64,000 bases of DNA from Capsulimonadaceae bacterium (GTDB lineage Bacteria; Armatimonadota; Armatimonadia; Armatimonadales; Capsulimonadaceae): positions 352,001-416,000 of the forward strand of contig OZ244065.1 in assembly GCA_965215505.1 (NCBI GenBank), written 5' to 3'. This document shows, piece by piece, positions 1-9,839 of the stretch. The translations under genes and the position numbers were made by a program. Position 1 is the first letter of the stretch. The number at the start of each line of letters is the position of its first letter. The notes below the pieces were generated by a model. It did no database searches. It was not told the DNA's origin and worked only from the letters and a program-made list of their open reading frames with translations.

Positions 1-133
1 AGGCTTTCAGTGCGACCGGAACGCCCCCGCGCGCCAGCGCATACACGGCATGGGTGTAGAGGGCGTCCGCGGCGCCCGAGGCGAGGACGGCATCGGCGCG
101 GGCGAGTCGTTCGGGCGAGACGGTGGGAGTCAT
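1..133 (-). CDS. 5' part of a CDS running off the window edge; possibly serine hydrolase/beta-lactamase family
   Basis: ATG at 133 on the minus strand, open frame MTPTVSPERLARADAVLASGAADALYTHAVYALARGGVPVALKA to the edge; resembles serine-hydrolase N-termini. Confidence 0.4.
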   Translation of the reverse strand, partial: MTPTVSPERLARADAVLASGAADALYTHAVYALARGGVPVALKA

Positions 134-203
134 GGCCTGATGTTCGGGAAAGCCGTCGGTTTCTCCTGCCGCTGTGTATGGGAAGCCCCGGCCATGGAAG
201 CCC

Positions 204-397
204 CCGGCCATGAATGGCCGGGCTACTCGTGAATGAAAGTCGCTCCGCGACTGCGGACAGGGCGGAACAGAAGAAGAGGGCGCGGCGGGGACAAGAGGGC
301 GCGGCAAGCAGCGCCCCTATGGCCCGCACACGTCCGGCCTTGATCTTTAACCGCGGAGCGGTTTCCATTCCAGAGTAGCCCGGCCATTCATGGCCGG
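204..397. repeat. REP-like inverted pair (GTAG-type palindromes)
   Basis: CCGGCCATGAATGGCCGGGCTACTC (204-228) is the exact reverse complement of GAGTAGCCCGGCCATTCATGGCCGG (373-397); a further GGGCGC..GCGCCCCTA palindrome lies near 297-320. Confidence 0.8.
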
Positions 398-512
398 TTC
401 TGTCTTTGCGGGCGCTCAAAGAGGCACAGGTCATCGGCCTGCGGGGGCGGTGGGTGGAAGTGCTGGACGGCGTGGAGCTGCGGCGCATCGCCAGGGCCGA
501 TTGACAGGCCGG

Positions 513-728
513 TCAGTAGCCGCGCCGCGCCGCCCAGACCATCGCGGCCAGGCAGAGGACGCCCAGGCCGGACAGCAGGAGCGGGGACCGGACGAGCGAG
601 GACAGGACGACCAGCGCCAGCCCGGCGATGAGCGCGGGGGCGGCGGACTGCTTCTTGCCGTAGACGAGGCAGCCCGCCCCGACGGTCCCCCAGACCATGG
701 AGGCCAGCAGGAAGTTGATGTCGAACAT
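513..728 (-). CDS. small hydrophobic membrane protein
   Basis: 71 aa, mostly hydrophobic (WGTVGAGCLVYGKKQ); -10-like GACAAT 6 nt upstream of the ATG. Confidence 0.7.
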   Translation of the reverse strand: MFDINFLLASMVWGTVGAGCLVYGKKQSAAPALIAGLALVVLSSLVRSPLLLSGLGVLCLAAMVWAARRGY

Positions 729-768
729 GCCGCCATTGTCGGCGGGCGGCGGACGCTTTTGGAGGGCT

Positions 769-1632
769 TCAGCGGGACGGGACCAGGCGATGGCGGACCA
801 GAGCCGCCGCCTTCTCCAATCCCGTCGTGCGGGCGCGGTGGCGGAAGACGTCGTAGCCGTTCTCCTCGATCTTGTCCAGGATGCGGCTGTAGAGGGTGCG
901 GGCCAGGACGACGGGGAGGCGTCCCTCAGACGGGATGTATTTCATGCCCGTGTCGGCGGACTCGTAGAAGGAGCGGGCGCGGGCGATCTCGAAGCGCATC
1001 AGGGCGATGAACTCGTCATTGACGCAGCCCGCCGCCAGCATGGCCGGGGAGTAGCCGAAGCGTTCCATGTCTTCGAGCGGGAGGTAGATGCGCCCGCGCG
1101 TCGCCCAGTCCTCGCCGATGTCGCGCCAGAAGTTCGTGAGTTGCATGGCAAGCCCCAGGTCATGGGCGGGTCCCAACGCGGCCGGGTCACGCGCGCCGAT
1201 GACGTGGCACATCATCAGGCCGACGACCGAGGCGCTGCCGTAGGTGTAGGTGAGCAGGTCGTCGAAGGTCTGGTAGCGGCTGCGCGTCAGGTCCATCTTC
1301 ATGGCGTCTAAAAAGGCCATCGGGTACTCGGGCGGCATGGAGTGGCGGCGGGCCATGTCCGCGAAAGCGTGCAGGACGGGCAGGTCCGACCCGCCCGTCT
1401 TCAGGGCGTCCAGGGTCGCCTCCCGGTAGTTCTCCAATGAGGCGGCGGGGTCGGAGCCGGGCGGCGGGTTGTCCACGATCTCGTCGGGGTAGCGGACGAA
1501 CCCATAAAGCGCATGGACGCTGCGGCGGACGGCGGGCGGGAAGAACAAGGTGCTGAAGTAGTAGGTCTTCCCGTGGTGGGCGTTCAGCCGTTTCGCGTGG
1601 GCGTAGGCCACATCGAGTTCAGAGAGGGCCAT
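769..1632 (-). CDS. crtB: phytoene synthase
   Basis: ALYGFVRYPDEIVD, YTYGSASVVGLM, LGLAMQLTNFWRDIGED and GRIYLP motifs; downstream of crtI. Confidence 0.93.
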   Translation of the reverse strand: MALSELDVAYAHAKRLNAHHGKTYYFSTLFFPPAVRRSVHALYGFVRYPDEIVDNPPPGSDPAASLENYREATLDALKTGGSDLPVLHAFADMARRHSMPPEYPMAFLDAMKMDLTRSRYQTFDDLLTYTYGSASVVGLMMCHVIGARDPAALGPAHDLGLAMQLTNFWRDIGEDWATRGRIYLPLEDMERFGYSPAMLAAGCVNDEFIALMRFEIARARSFYESADTGMKYIPSEGRLPVVLARTLYSRILDKIEENGYDVFRHRARTTGLEKAAALVRHRLVPSR

Positions 1633-1644
1633 GAGAAAAGCTTT

Positions 1645-3156
1645 CTAATCGAGATCGGCCAGGATGCGTTCGGTGACCAGTTTGGCCCCCAGGCAGACCA
1701 GGGGGACGCCGGTTCCGGGGACGGTGCTGGCCCCGACGAAGTACAGCCCGTCCACGTTGGGTGCCTTGTTCGACGGGCGGAACCATCCCACCTGCAAAAT
1801 GCCGTGGGATAGCCCGAAAGCGGCTCCGTATTTGAGGTTGTACTGGTCGCGCCACTCGTGCGGCGTGACCACCTGCTCCACGACGACGTGCTTGCGGAGG
1901 TCGGTCAGGCCGCGCGCCTCCATCCTGTCATAGACCTTGGCCTTGAAGCGGGCGACCTGGTCGTCGTCCCAGCGCATCTGGTCGGTCAGGTGGGGGATGG
2001 GGACTAGGACGAACAGGTTGTCCCCACCGGGCGGCGCGACGGTCGGGTCGGTCCGGCCCGGCGCGTTGACATAGAACGAAGGGTCGCGCGGCGGGACCTT
2101 GGCGTCGAAGATCTCCTCGAAGTTTCGCTTGTAGTCCGACGACAGGAAGAAGTTGTGGTGCTTCAAGTCCGGGTAGACCCGGTCCGTGCCCAGATAGAGC
2201 ATGAAGGCGGACGACGTAAACGGCGTCTTCTTCCAGTTCGCCTCGGCGAACTTCGCGGGCCGCTCACTCAGGAGGTCGGTGTAGGTGTAGGGCAGGTCCA
2301 CGTTGGAAATGACCAGGTCGGCGGTCACCACGTCGCCGTCCACGCAGACGCCGCGCGCGCGGCCGTCCTTGACCATGATCTGCGTGACGTTCCGGCCCGT
2401 CTCGATCTCGACGCCCAGCTTCTTCGCCACGGCCGCCATCGCCAGCGGCAGCGCATAGATGCCGCCCTCCGGGTAGTACAATCCGTCCTCGGCAAGCTCC
2501 GTGTAGGGCAGCAGCGTGTAGACGGCAGGCGCTTCAAACGGCGAGATGCCCAGATACATGGACTGCATGGAGAAGGCCTGGCGCAGAGCGTCGCTCTGGA
2601 AGAACTGCGAGACGTGCGTGTAGAGCTTGTCCAGGGCGTTGAGCTGGCCGAGCAGTTTGAGGTTGGGGGCGCTGAAGAAGTCGGTCGCCTTGTTGAAGTT
2701 CTTTTCGACGAACTTCTCGCGCCCGATGCGGTACTTCTTCCCGGCGTCTTCGAGGAAGCGGTAGTACCCGGACGTGACGCCCGGCTCGATGCGCTCCAGT
2801 TCGGCGACCATCTTGGGCAGGTCGCTGGACATCTCCATGCTTTTGCCGTCGCCGAAGTGGACCGCGTAGTTCGGCTCCATCTTGATGAGCCGGACCCAGG
2901 AGTCGAAGTCCTCGCCGCAGGCCGCGAACAGGTCGCGGTAGACGTCGGTCATGAGGAGCAGGGAAGGGCCGGTGTCGAACCGGAAGCCCTCCACCTCGCG
3001 GATGTTCGCCCGCCCGCCGACGGTGTCGTTCTTCTCCAAGACCGTGACTTGAAAGCTGCCCGTCGCTTGCAGCCGCATGGCCGTCGCCATGCCCCCGATG
3101 CCTGCGCCGATGATGAGGACGCGTTTGGTGCGCTGTCCCGATTCGTGTGTGACCAT
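1645..3156 (-). CDS. crtI: phytoene desaturase
   Basis: IIGAGIGG FAD-binding motif, GFRFDTGPS, C-terminal LYFVGASTVPGTGVP. Confidence 0.93.
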   Translation of the reverse strand: MVTHESGQRTKRVLIIGAGIGGMATAMRLQATGSFQVTVLEKNDTVGGRANIREVEGFRFDTGPSLLLMTDVYRDLFAACGEDFDSWVRLIKMEPNYAVHFGDGKSMEMSSDLPKMVAELERIEPGVTSGYYRFLEDAGKKYRIGREKFVEKNFNKATDFFSAPNLKLLGQLNALDKLYTHVSQFFQSDALRQAFSMQSMYLGISPFEAPAVYTLLPYTELAEDGLYYPEGGIYALPLAMAAVAKKLGVEIETGRNVTQIMVKDGRARGVCVDGDVVTADLVISNVDLPYTYTDLLSERPAKFAEANWKKTPFTSSAFMLYLGTDRVYPDLKHHNFFLSSDYKRNFEEIFDAKVPPRDPSFYVNAPGRTDPTVAPPGGDNLFVLVPIPHLTDQMRWDDDQVARFKAKVYDRMEARGLTDLRKHVVVEQVVTPHEWRDQYNLKYGAAFGLSHGILQVGWFRPSNKAPNVDGLYFVGASTVPGTGVPLVCLGAKLVTERILADLD

Positions 3157-3217
3157 GAGTGTTCCGTTCTAAACGTGTCCATTATACCCAGATCGCGCAC
3201 ACTCGCCTGTCGGCCTG

Positions 3218-4381
3218 CTATCGTTCCGGCAAGAGCGGGATCGTGAAGCGAAACGTACTGCCCCGGCCGGGCGCGCTCTCGACCTCGATCCGGCCGCCGT
3301 GCGCCTCGACGGCGAGTTTACAGAACGTCAGGCCGAGGCCCGTACTCATGGTGCGCCCTCCCTGGCGTGAGGCCACCTGGCCGAACTTCTCGAAGATGCG
3401 CCCGAAGGCTTCGGCGGGGATGCCCTCGCCCGTATCGCGCACGGAGAACAGCAGCGCCTCCCGCCCCGCGCCGTGGTACGCGGCGACCGTCACCGTGACC
3501 GTCACCGTCCCGCCCGAGGGGGTGAACTTGAGGGCGTTGCCCAAAAGATTGACGAGGACACGGCGCAGCTTGTTTTCGTCGCCCGGCAGCGGGGGCAGGT
3601 CGTCGGCGACCTGCTGGACGAGCCTCAGCTTCTGGCTTTCGGCAAGTGAGGCGACCTGGCTCACGGCGGAGGCCACGAGGTCGGCCGGGGACAGCGCGGC
3701 GTAATCCAGCGGCATGGAGCCGGACTCCAGCTTCTCCACATCCAGCAGGTCGTTGATCATGCCCAGAAGCACCTGCCCGCCGACGACCGCGATGTCCATC
3801 ATCTCCCGCTGGTCTTCGTTCAAGTCGCCGATCATGCCCAGCGTCTGCATCCCGGCGATCACCGACGTCAGCGGCGTGCGGAGGTCGTGGATGATCATGT
3901 GGGTCAGGTCGTCGCGCAGCTTTTCGAGTTCCTGGAGCCGGCGGTAGCTCTCCTGTAGCTCCGAGGTGAAGTGGAGTTCCAGGTCGCGGACGCGCCGCCG
4001 TTCCGTGACGTCCTCCAGGGCCAGCACCAGCAGTTCCGTGTGATTGCCGGCGCGCAGCCGGCGGGCGTTGAGCAGCATCGAGCGCCGCCCGATGGAGGGG
4101 AAGTCGTGTTCCAGCTCGTAGCCGTTGAAGACCGAGCTTTGGGGGATGATGTCTTCGAGGAGTGTCCGCAGGGCGGGGATGTCCCACTGGCCGTTACCCA
4201 GCTCGTAGATGAGGCGGCCTTCGGTTTCCTCCGGGGAGACGTGGAAGGCCTGATAGAAGGCGCGGTTGGCGCTGCGGACGCGCAGCGCGGCGTCGAGGAT
4301 CAGGAGCGGCTCGCGCACCGTGTCCACGATGTTCTGGGCGAAGTTCTGGATGTCCTCAACCAATGGCTTTCGTTGTCTCAT
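3218..4381 (-). CDS. PAS-domain sensor histidine kinase (orphan)
   Basis: PAS (NIVDTVREPLLILD), H-box HDLRTPL, N-box NLLGNALKF, DTGEGIP and GLGL boxes; GGAGG RBS before ATG 4381. Confidence 0.9.
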   Translation of the reverse strand: MRQRKPLVEDIQNFAQNIVDTVREPLLILDAALRVRSANRAFYQAFHVSPEETEGRLIYELGNGQWDIPALRTLLEDIIPQSSVFNGYELEHDFPSIGRRSMLLNARRLRAGNHTELLVLALEDVTERRRVRDLELHFTSELQESYRRLQELEKLRDDLTHMIIHDLRTPLTSVIAGMQTLGMIGDLNEDQREMMDIAVVGGQVLLGMINDLLDVEKLESGSMPLDYAALSPADLVASAVSQVASLAESQKLRLVQQVADDLPPLPGDENKLRRVLVNLLGNALKFTPSGGTVTVTVTVAAYHGAGREALLFSVRDTGEGIPAEAFGRIFEKFGQVASRQGGRTMSTGLGLTFCKLAVEAHGGRIEVESAPGRGSTFRFTIPLLPER

Positions 4382-4531
4382 GGACCTCCACACTCATGGC
4401 AGCCTGCCGCGTCTCACACACGACTTTATGGCTACTCCCGTGTTTTTACATTCCCCTCGTTGTACTCTGGTAAACTAGATGACGTCGGACGGGCGGCAGA
4501 GCAGAACGTGAGAATAGGAGAAAGATCAAGC

Positions 4532-4876
4532 ATGAGCGGCACGAACGGGGGAAACCCCTGGATCGAGATGGTAGAGGGCGTCCGGCGGCGCACGACGGTC
4601 AGTGGGCCGGCCATGTCCCAGATGGTCGTGACCCTGGAAGCGGGGCGGCACCTGCCGGAGCATCACCACGCGCAGGAGCAGATCGTGCATGTGGTCCGGG
4701 GGCGGCTCCGCGTCAACGTCGGCGGCGTGCCGCAGGAGGTCGGGGCGGGGGAGTCTTTGTACCTGGCCGCCGACGTGCCGCATTCGGTGGACGTGCTGGC
4801 GGAGGCCCTGGTGGTGGACACATTCAGCCCGCCGCGCGCCGACCTGCTGGCACAGGACGCGGCGGCACGGGGGTAA
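4532..4876 (+). CDS. cupin domain protein
   Basis: PEHHHAQEQ...GRL and PHSV cupin motifs; AGGAG RBS upstream of ATG 4532. Confidence 0.85.
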   Translation: MSGTNGGNPWIEMVEGVRRRTTVSGPAMSQMVVTLEAGRHLPEHHHAQEQIVHVVRGRLRVNVGGVPQEVGAGESLYLAADVPHSVDVLAEALVVDTFSPPRADLLAQDAAARG

Positions 4877-4892
4877 CAAGACAGGCGGAAAA

Positions 4893-4931
4893 GGAGGGCG
4901 GGGCAGAGGGCGGGGCTTCGGCCCCGCCCTC
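4893..4931. terminator. GC hairpin between convergent genes
   Basis: GAGGGCGGGGC-TTCG-GCCCCGCCCTC stem with UUCG loop; no U-tract on the + strand. Confidence 0.45.
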
Positions 4932-4940
4932 CTCGCTTGG

Positions 4941-6263
4941 CTAGGCGGCGAGCCGGCGGATGACGGTGTGGTAATCGTACTCGGCCTGGAAGAGCGCGCG
5001 GTCGCCCCAGCCGTAGCCGACGCGCAGGGCGTCGCCGACGCGGTAGAGGGAGATGGGGAAGGCGACGCGCTTGGTATCAAACAGCTCCCCCGCCCCCTGG
5101 TAGCAGCGCGGGACGTCGTCGGGCGTCAGGGCGCGCAGGCAGGACTTGACGCGCGGGGCGTCGTTCTCGTCGAAGTCCAGCCAGACAACCCAGCCCTCGT
5201 ACTGCTCCTCGATGTCCGGGTAGGCCGGGTCGTGCGTCTCGGGATGGTCGGGGTTGTTGCGCTCCAGGACGACGTGGATCAGCCCGATGTGGCCGCCGAT
5301 CTCGGGGGCGGGGAGGAAGTTGCTGCCCAGGCCGACCCGGTTCACCCGCGACCAGACCTCCGGGCCGATGGCGTTCGGCAGGCAGTCCACGAAGCCGCAC
5401 AGGCCGTAGCCGCCCAGACCGGCGGGGTCGCGGCTCTCGAAGTACGGCAGCAGCTTCGTCTCGCTCATCGAGCGCGCCCCGATCAGCACCTTGTCCCCGA
5501 GCGGGGAAGGCAGACGCACCGAGTTCTTGTAGGACTCGACGTGCAGCTCGTCTATGGCGTTGCCGACGATCCCCTTCACCCAGACGTTCTCGCCAAGCTC
5601 GGTCAGGAACAGGTCGTCCGGTGTGCCGGACTTGCCCGGCACGAACTCGATGCCGCCGAACAGGTGCTGGAGTTCGAGCTGCGCGGGCCGCTCCTCCGGG
5701 TCGAGGTAGCCGCCGTAGACGCCGACGTCGTGGATGAACAGGCCGTCCGGCAGGACGACCTTGCCCCGGTAGCCCTGGCCGGTCACGAAGAAGCCGGGCC
5801 GGCCGTCGGGCAGCGTGACGGGGGACTGGCGGACGTCCTCCATGATGACGCCCTCCGGGTTGGCGTCGTACCACAGGCTGCCGGCGCGCGGCGGACATTG
5901 CGGGGGGGATGTGCGCGGGCCGCGGATGCGCGTGAAGGGGAACCGCCGGGCCATGTCGTAGACGTTGTGCATGCCGTGCATGGCGTCTTCCGGCAGGTAG
6001 AACAGGATGTTGGTCGAGTACAGCTCGCGCGTGAACGGGTCCTTGATGCGCGACAGGCGAACCGTCACCCCGAAGGTGGCGCGGCCCGTCTCGGCGTCGG
6101 CCCAGGACTGGATGGGGCCGTTGAAGGCCGCCTCCCAGGCTTTGCCCGGCTTGCGCGCCTCGACGCCGAACTCGTGGACGGTGTGCGGGAGGACCTGGAG
6201 GTCCACCAGGGACGGCTTCGATGCATACAGGTGGGGCGAATCCAAAACGGCGCAATCGTTCAT
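4941..6263 (-). CDS. divergent GH130-like beta-propeller glycosidase/phosphorylase
   Basis: AAFNG, MEDVR (cf. EDPR), IGLIHVV..YEGWVVWLD and C-terminal VAFPISL...LRVGYGWGD (cf. VVFP.G..YYG.AD). Confidence 0.55.
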   Translation of the reverse strand: MNDCAVLDSPHLYASKPSLVDLQVLPHTVHEFGVEARKPGKAWEAAFNGPIQSWADAETGRATFGVTVRLSRIKDPFTRELYSTNILFYLPEDAMHGMHNVYDMARRFPFTRIRGPRTSPPQCPPRAGSLWYDANPEGVIMEDVRQSPVTLPDGRPGFFVTGQGYRGKVVLPDGLFIHDVGVYGGYLDPEERPAQLELQHLFGGIEFVPGKSGTPDDLFLTELGENVWVKGIVGNAIDELHVESYKNSVRLPSPLGDKVLIGARSMSETKLLPYFESRDPAGLGGYGLCGFVDCLPNAIGPEVWSRVNRVGLGSNFLPAPEIGGHIGLIHVVLERNNPDHPETHDPAYPDIEEQYEGWVVWLDFDENDAPRVKSCLRALTPDDVPRCYQGAGELFDTKRVAFPISLYRVGDALRVGYGWGDRALFQAEYDYHTVIRRLAA

Positions 6264-6336
6264 GCGGCGAACCTTCTCCCTGCGAAACGCAGGCTCTATT
6301 TCTTGCTTGGTGATGTTATCGGTTTTTCTCCGACAA

Positions 6337-7266
6337 TTAGGAGGGTGGGAAGTCCCATTGTACCACCTGTGCCGCTAGCGTCTGTAACGGGGCGAACAAG
6401 TCAGGGTGAATCAGGGCGGCCAGCATCTCCAGGCTGTCCACGAGGCGCGGGCCGGGCCGGCTGAAGTAGTCGGAGCCGTTGACGACAAAGACCCGCCTGC
6501 CCCGCACGGCGGGCAGGCCCGCGTAGCCGGGGAGCGCCTCCAAAGCGGGCATGTCCTGGGCTGACCGCTTCACGCCGAAGCCGCACTGCGCGATGACGAG
6601 GACCTGGGGGGCGAAGTCCACGATGGACTCCCAAGACACCTGCGTGGACGGTCGGTGCATCCGCCCGATGCCGTCCACGCCGCCCGCGATCTCTACGAGT
6701 TCGGGGTCCCAGTGGCCGCCGCAGAACAGCGGATCGATCCATTCCAGCAGGACGGTCCGGGGCCGCGTTCCCGCCCGGCTTGCCCGCGCGCGGACGGCCT
6801 CGATCCGCCCGCGTAGGCCCGCCAGCAGGCGGTCGGCCTCCGCCTCATGGCCCGTGGCAAGGCCGACCAGGCGGATCGTGTCCAGCACGTCGGCCAGCGA
6901 GTTCGGCTCCAGGTTGAGTACGCGCGGGCCGGGCGGGGGCAGGGAGCGGACGGCGTTCAGCACGCTGTCGTAGGAGACGGCGCAGACGTCGCAGAGCTGC
7001 TGCGTGAGGATGAGGTCAGGCTGTATCCCGGCCAGCAGGTCCCGATCAATCGTGTAGAGCGAGTGGGACTGGTCGAGCTGCCCGCGCACCGCCTCGTCTA
7101 TCGCGCCGCTGCTCAGGCCGTGCGGCAGGACACTGCGCGTGATGACCGGCTTCCGGCCCGCCTCGGGCGGGTAGTCGCACTCGTGCGTGACGGCGGCGAG
7201 GTGGTCGCCCAGCCCGAGCGCGTAAACGATCTCGGTCGCGCTCGGCAGCAGTGATACGATCTTCAT
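6337..7266 (-). CDS. BtuF-like cobalamin-binding protein without signal peptide
   Basis: MKIVSLLPSATEIV, VTHECDYP, PDLILTQQLCDVCAV, FSRPGPRLVDSLE. Confidence 0.85.
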   Translation of the reverse strand: MKIVSLLPSATEIVYALGLGDHLAAVTHECDYPPEAGRKPVITRSVLPHGLSSGAIDEAVRGQLDQSHSLYTIDRDLLAGIQPDLILTQQLCDVCAVSYDSVLNAVRSLPPPGPRVLNLEPNSLADVLDTIRLVGLATGHEAEADRLLAGLRGRIEAVRARASRAGTRPRTVLLEWIDPLFCGGHWDPELVEIAGGVDGIGRMHRPSTQVSWESIVDFAPQVLVIAQCGFGVKRSAQDMPALEALPGYAGLPAVRGRRVFVVNGSDYFSRPGPRLVDSLEMLAALIHPDLFAPLQTLAAQVVQWDFPPS

Positions 7267-7356
7267 GTGTCCCTCTTGTTACCGCCCGCCTCATGGCTCA
7301 AACGCGGGAGGCTCTTGTGTGACAAGAAAAGCGAAAGGCAGAACGGGATAGGAGAA

Positions 7357-7410
7357 GACGAGTGAATGAATTCACTCGCTCCCGTAAGACCTGTCCAGGG
7401 GACAGAAGAA
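7357..7410. repeat. REP family A copy
   Basis: GACGAGTGAATGAATTCACTCGCT..GACCTGTCCAGGGGACAG; recurs near 21471, 21590, 41592 and 41690. Confidence 0.8.
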
Positions 7411-7431
7411 AGACGAGAGGGGGGGTTACTG

Positions 7432-8484
7432 TCAGGCACCTTCCCCTTTGTCCGAGACGCCCGCCTCCTCGAACGTCGCCACGTCGCGCAGGACGGCGGC
7501 GGCGAGGCGGACCAGGGGCAGGGCGAAGGCCGCGCCGCTGGCCTCGCCAAGCCGCAGGCCGAGGTCGAGCAGGGGCGTCAGGCCCAGGGCGTCCAGCAGG
7601 ACCGCATGGCCCGGCTCCGGCGAGCGGTGGGCGGCGATGAAGTAGGGGCGGACGGCGGGGTCGAGCCGGTCGGCGGCCAGCGCGGCGGCCGTCGTGATGA
7701 ACCCGTCGAGCAGGATGGGGACGCGCTTGGAGGCCGCCGCCAGCATGGTGCCGGCAAGGGCCGCGATCTCCAGCCCGCCCAGCGCGGCCAGTATCTCCAG
7801 AGGGTCGGTCAGGTGCCCATGCCGGGCCAGCCCGAGGCCGACGGCTTCCCGTTTTCGCGCCAGCCCCGACTCGTCCACGCCGGTGCCGCGCCCGATGACC
7901 TCGGAAGGGGGGCAGCCCAGCAGAGCGGACGCCAGGGCCGCCGCCGTGGTCGTGTTGCCGATGCCCATCTCGCCGACGAGGGCGATGCCGACCTGTCCGG
8001 CCTCCTCAAACTGCCGACGCCCCACGCCCAATGCCGCGCGGGCCTCCTCAGCGGTCATCGCCGGCCCCTGCGTCCAGTCCGCCGTGCCGGGCCGGACCTT
8101 GGCGTGACGGACGGGCACGTCGGGCGCGAAGTCCCCGGCCACCCCGACATCGGCGACGTACAATCCAGCACCCATCTGGCCCGCCAACGTGTTGATGACC
8201 GCCCCGCCGCGCGCGAAGTTCAGCACCATTTGGGCCGTGACCTCAGACGGGTAGGCGCTGACGCCGCGCGCCGCCACGCCGTGGTCGGCGGCGTAGACGA
8301 AGATGGCGGCGGGGTCAACGTCCGGGATGGTCCTATCCTGGATGCCCGCGAGCTGCACGGTCAGTTCTTCCAGCCGGCCCAGGCTGCCGGTGGGCTTGGT
8401 CAGGCGGTCCTGTCGGGCGCGGGCGGCCAGGGCGGCGTCCTGATCGAAGGGGGGGATCGGGTCGAAGTCGGGCTGTGTCGGCAT
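7432..8484 (-). CDS. cobT: nicotinate-nucleotide--dimethylbenzimidazole phosphoribosyltransferase
   Basis: LTKPTGSLGRLEEL, AADHGV, GEMGIGNTT, LRLGEASGA. Confidence 0.95.
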   Translation of the reverse strand: MPTQPDFDPIPPFDQDAALAARARQDRLTKPTGSLGRLEELTVQLAGIQDRTIPDVDPAAIFVYAADHGVAARGVSAYPSEVTAQMVLNFARGGAVINTLAGQMGAGLYVADVGVAGDFAPDVPVRHAKVRPGTADWTQGPAMTAEEARAALGVGRRQFEEAGQVGIALVGEMGIGNTTTAAALASALLGCPPSEVIGRGTGVDESGLARKREAVGLGLARHGHLTDPLEILAALGGLEIAALAGTMLAAASKRVPILLDGFITTAAALAADRLDPAVRPYFIAAHRSPEPGHAVLLDALGLTPLLDLGLRLGEASGAAFALPLVRLAAAVLRDVATFEEAGVSDKGEGA

Positions 8485-8493
8485 GATAGTCTC

Positions 8494-9270
8494 CTAAGAG
8501 TGGGGCAATGTGGCGATCAAAAGCGTCAATGTCTCGACCAGTTGGTTCGTCGCGCCCAGGCAGTCGCCGGTCACTCCGCCGAAGCGGCGGCGGTAAAACA
8601 AACCCGTCAGCAGCAGGACGGCAAGCGCGCCGCCCAGCAGCCACAGGCCGCGCCAGACGCCAATCAGGGCAACCAGGCAGGCTGCCATCAAGGCGGTCGC
8701 CAGGACCAGCCCGCGCCGGTCGATCAGGGCGGCCAGGCCAGCGCCCAGGCCCTTCGCCCCCCGTGCGTCCGGCAGCCAGAGGGCGAGCGGCAGGGACGAC
8801 CAGCGGGCCAGGACGTGGGCGGCGAGCAGGACGGGCCAGAACGAGTGCGGGGCAAGGGCGGAGAGCGCGGCGGCTTTGAGCGTCAGCACCGCCCACAGGG
8901 CGACCGCGCCGAAGGTCCCGATGCGGCTGTCCCGCATGACTTCCAGCGCCTTCTCGCGCAAGTGCGGGCCGAGCGCGTCACTCGTGTCGGCCAGACCGTC
9001 CTCGTGGAACGCGCCCGTTGTCATCGCCGTGGCGGCGACGGTCAGGGCTGCCCCGGCAAGTGGCGGCAGGGACAACGCCGCGGACCCCAGCCAGGCCAGC
9101 GCGCCGATGCCGCCGACCACCAGGCCGACGACCGGGAAGAAGACCAGCGCCCGCCGCCGCCCGTCGGCGGGCGGGTCGTAGGCGTCGTCAGGGACGAACA
9201 GGATGGGGATGCGCGTCAAAAACTGGACTGCGATCAATGGCCCCCAGAGCCAGCCCGACCAGGCTTTCAT
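8494..9270 (-). CDS. cobS: adenosylcobinamide-GDP ribazoletransferase
   Basis: QFLTRIP, TGAFHEDGLADTSD, MRDSRIGTFG, GGVTGDCLGA. Confidence 0.95.
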   Translation of the reverse strand: MKAWSGWLWGPLIAVQFLTRIPILFVPDDAYDPPADGRRRALVFFPVVGLVVGGIGALAWLGSAALSLPPLAGAALTVAATAMTTGAFHEDGLADTSDALGPHLREKALEVMRDSRIGTFGAVALWAVLTLKAAALSALAPHSFWPVLLAAHVLARWSSLPLALWLPDARGAKGLGAGLAALIDRRGLVLATALMAACLVALIGVWRGLWLLGGALAVLLLTGLFYRRRFGGVTGDCLGATNQLVETLTLLIATLPHS

Positions 9271-9839
9271 GCCGCCCCCGTCTGGGAGGGCTTGACGCGC
9301 AGGGGGATGCCCGCGACAAGCAGGACGACCTCGTCGGCTGCCGCCGCCGCTGCCTGGTTCGCCCGGCCCGCCACGTCCCGCCAGACGCGCCCCAGGGCCG
9401 TTCCGGGGACCATGCCCATGCCGACCTCATTAGACACGAGCAGTACGCGGGCCGGGGCCTCCTGCGCCGCCCGCAGCAGGTCGGCGACGGCGGTTTCGAC
9501 CCCGGCCTCATCCCAGACGTCCGCGTCGCAGTGGGCGGCGTCGCCCGCACGGAGCAGGTGGTTGGTCACGAAGAAGGTCAGGCAGTCAATCAGGATGACC
9601 GGTGCCTCCGACTCCCGGCGCAGGAAATCCGCCACGTCCAGAGGCTCCTCCACCGTCCGCCAGTGGGCGGGCCGGTCGGACTGATGCTTTGAAATGCGGG
9701 CGGCCATCTCGTCGTCGCCCGCCTGCGCGGTCGCGACGAACAGGACGGGACGGCCGCCGGCTTCCCGCTCGGCCATTTCCTGCGCGTGGCGGCTCTTGCC
9801 GGAGCGCGCCCCGCCTAAGATCAACGTCAATCGGCTCAT
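9267..9839 (-). CDS. cobU: bifunctional adenosylcobinamide kinase/guanylyltransferase
   Basis: LILGGARSGKS P-loop, VSNEVGMG, AGRANQ; ATG 9839 overlaps the upstream stop (ATGA). Confidence 0.95.
   Translation of the reverse strand: MSRLTLILGGARSGKSRHAQEMAEREAGGRPVLFVATAQAGDDEMAARISKHQSDRPAHWRTVEEPLDVADFLRRESEAPVILIDCLTFFVTNHLLRAGDAAHCDADVWDEAGVETAVADLLRAAQEAPARVLLVSNEVGMGMVPGTALGRVWRDVAGRANQAAAAAADEVVLLVAGIPLRVKPSQTGAA

Noticed and set aside
7366-9684. Long + strand ORFs (772 aa here; also 19355-21289, 38375-40219, 4689-6464)
   Set aside because: Antisense shadows of well-supported minus-strand genes, as expected in high-GC DNA; no recognisable motifs.
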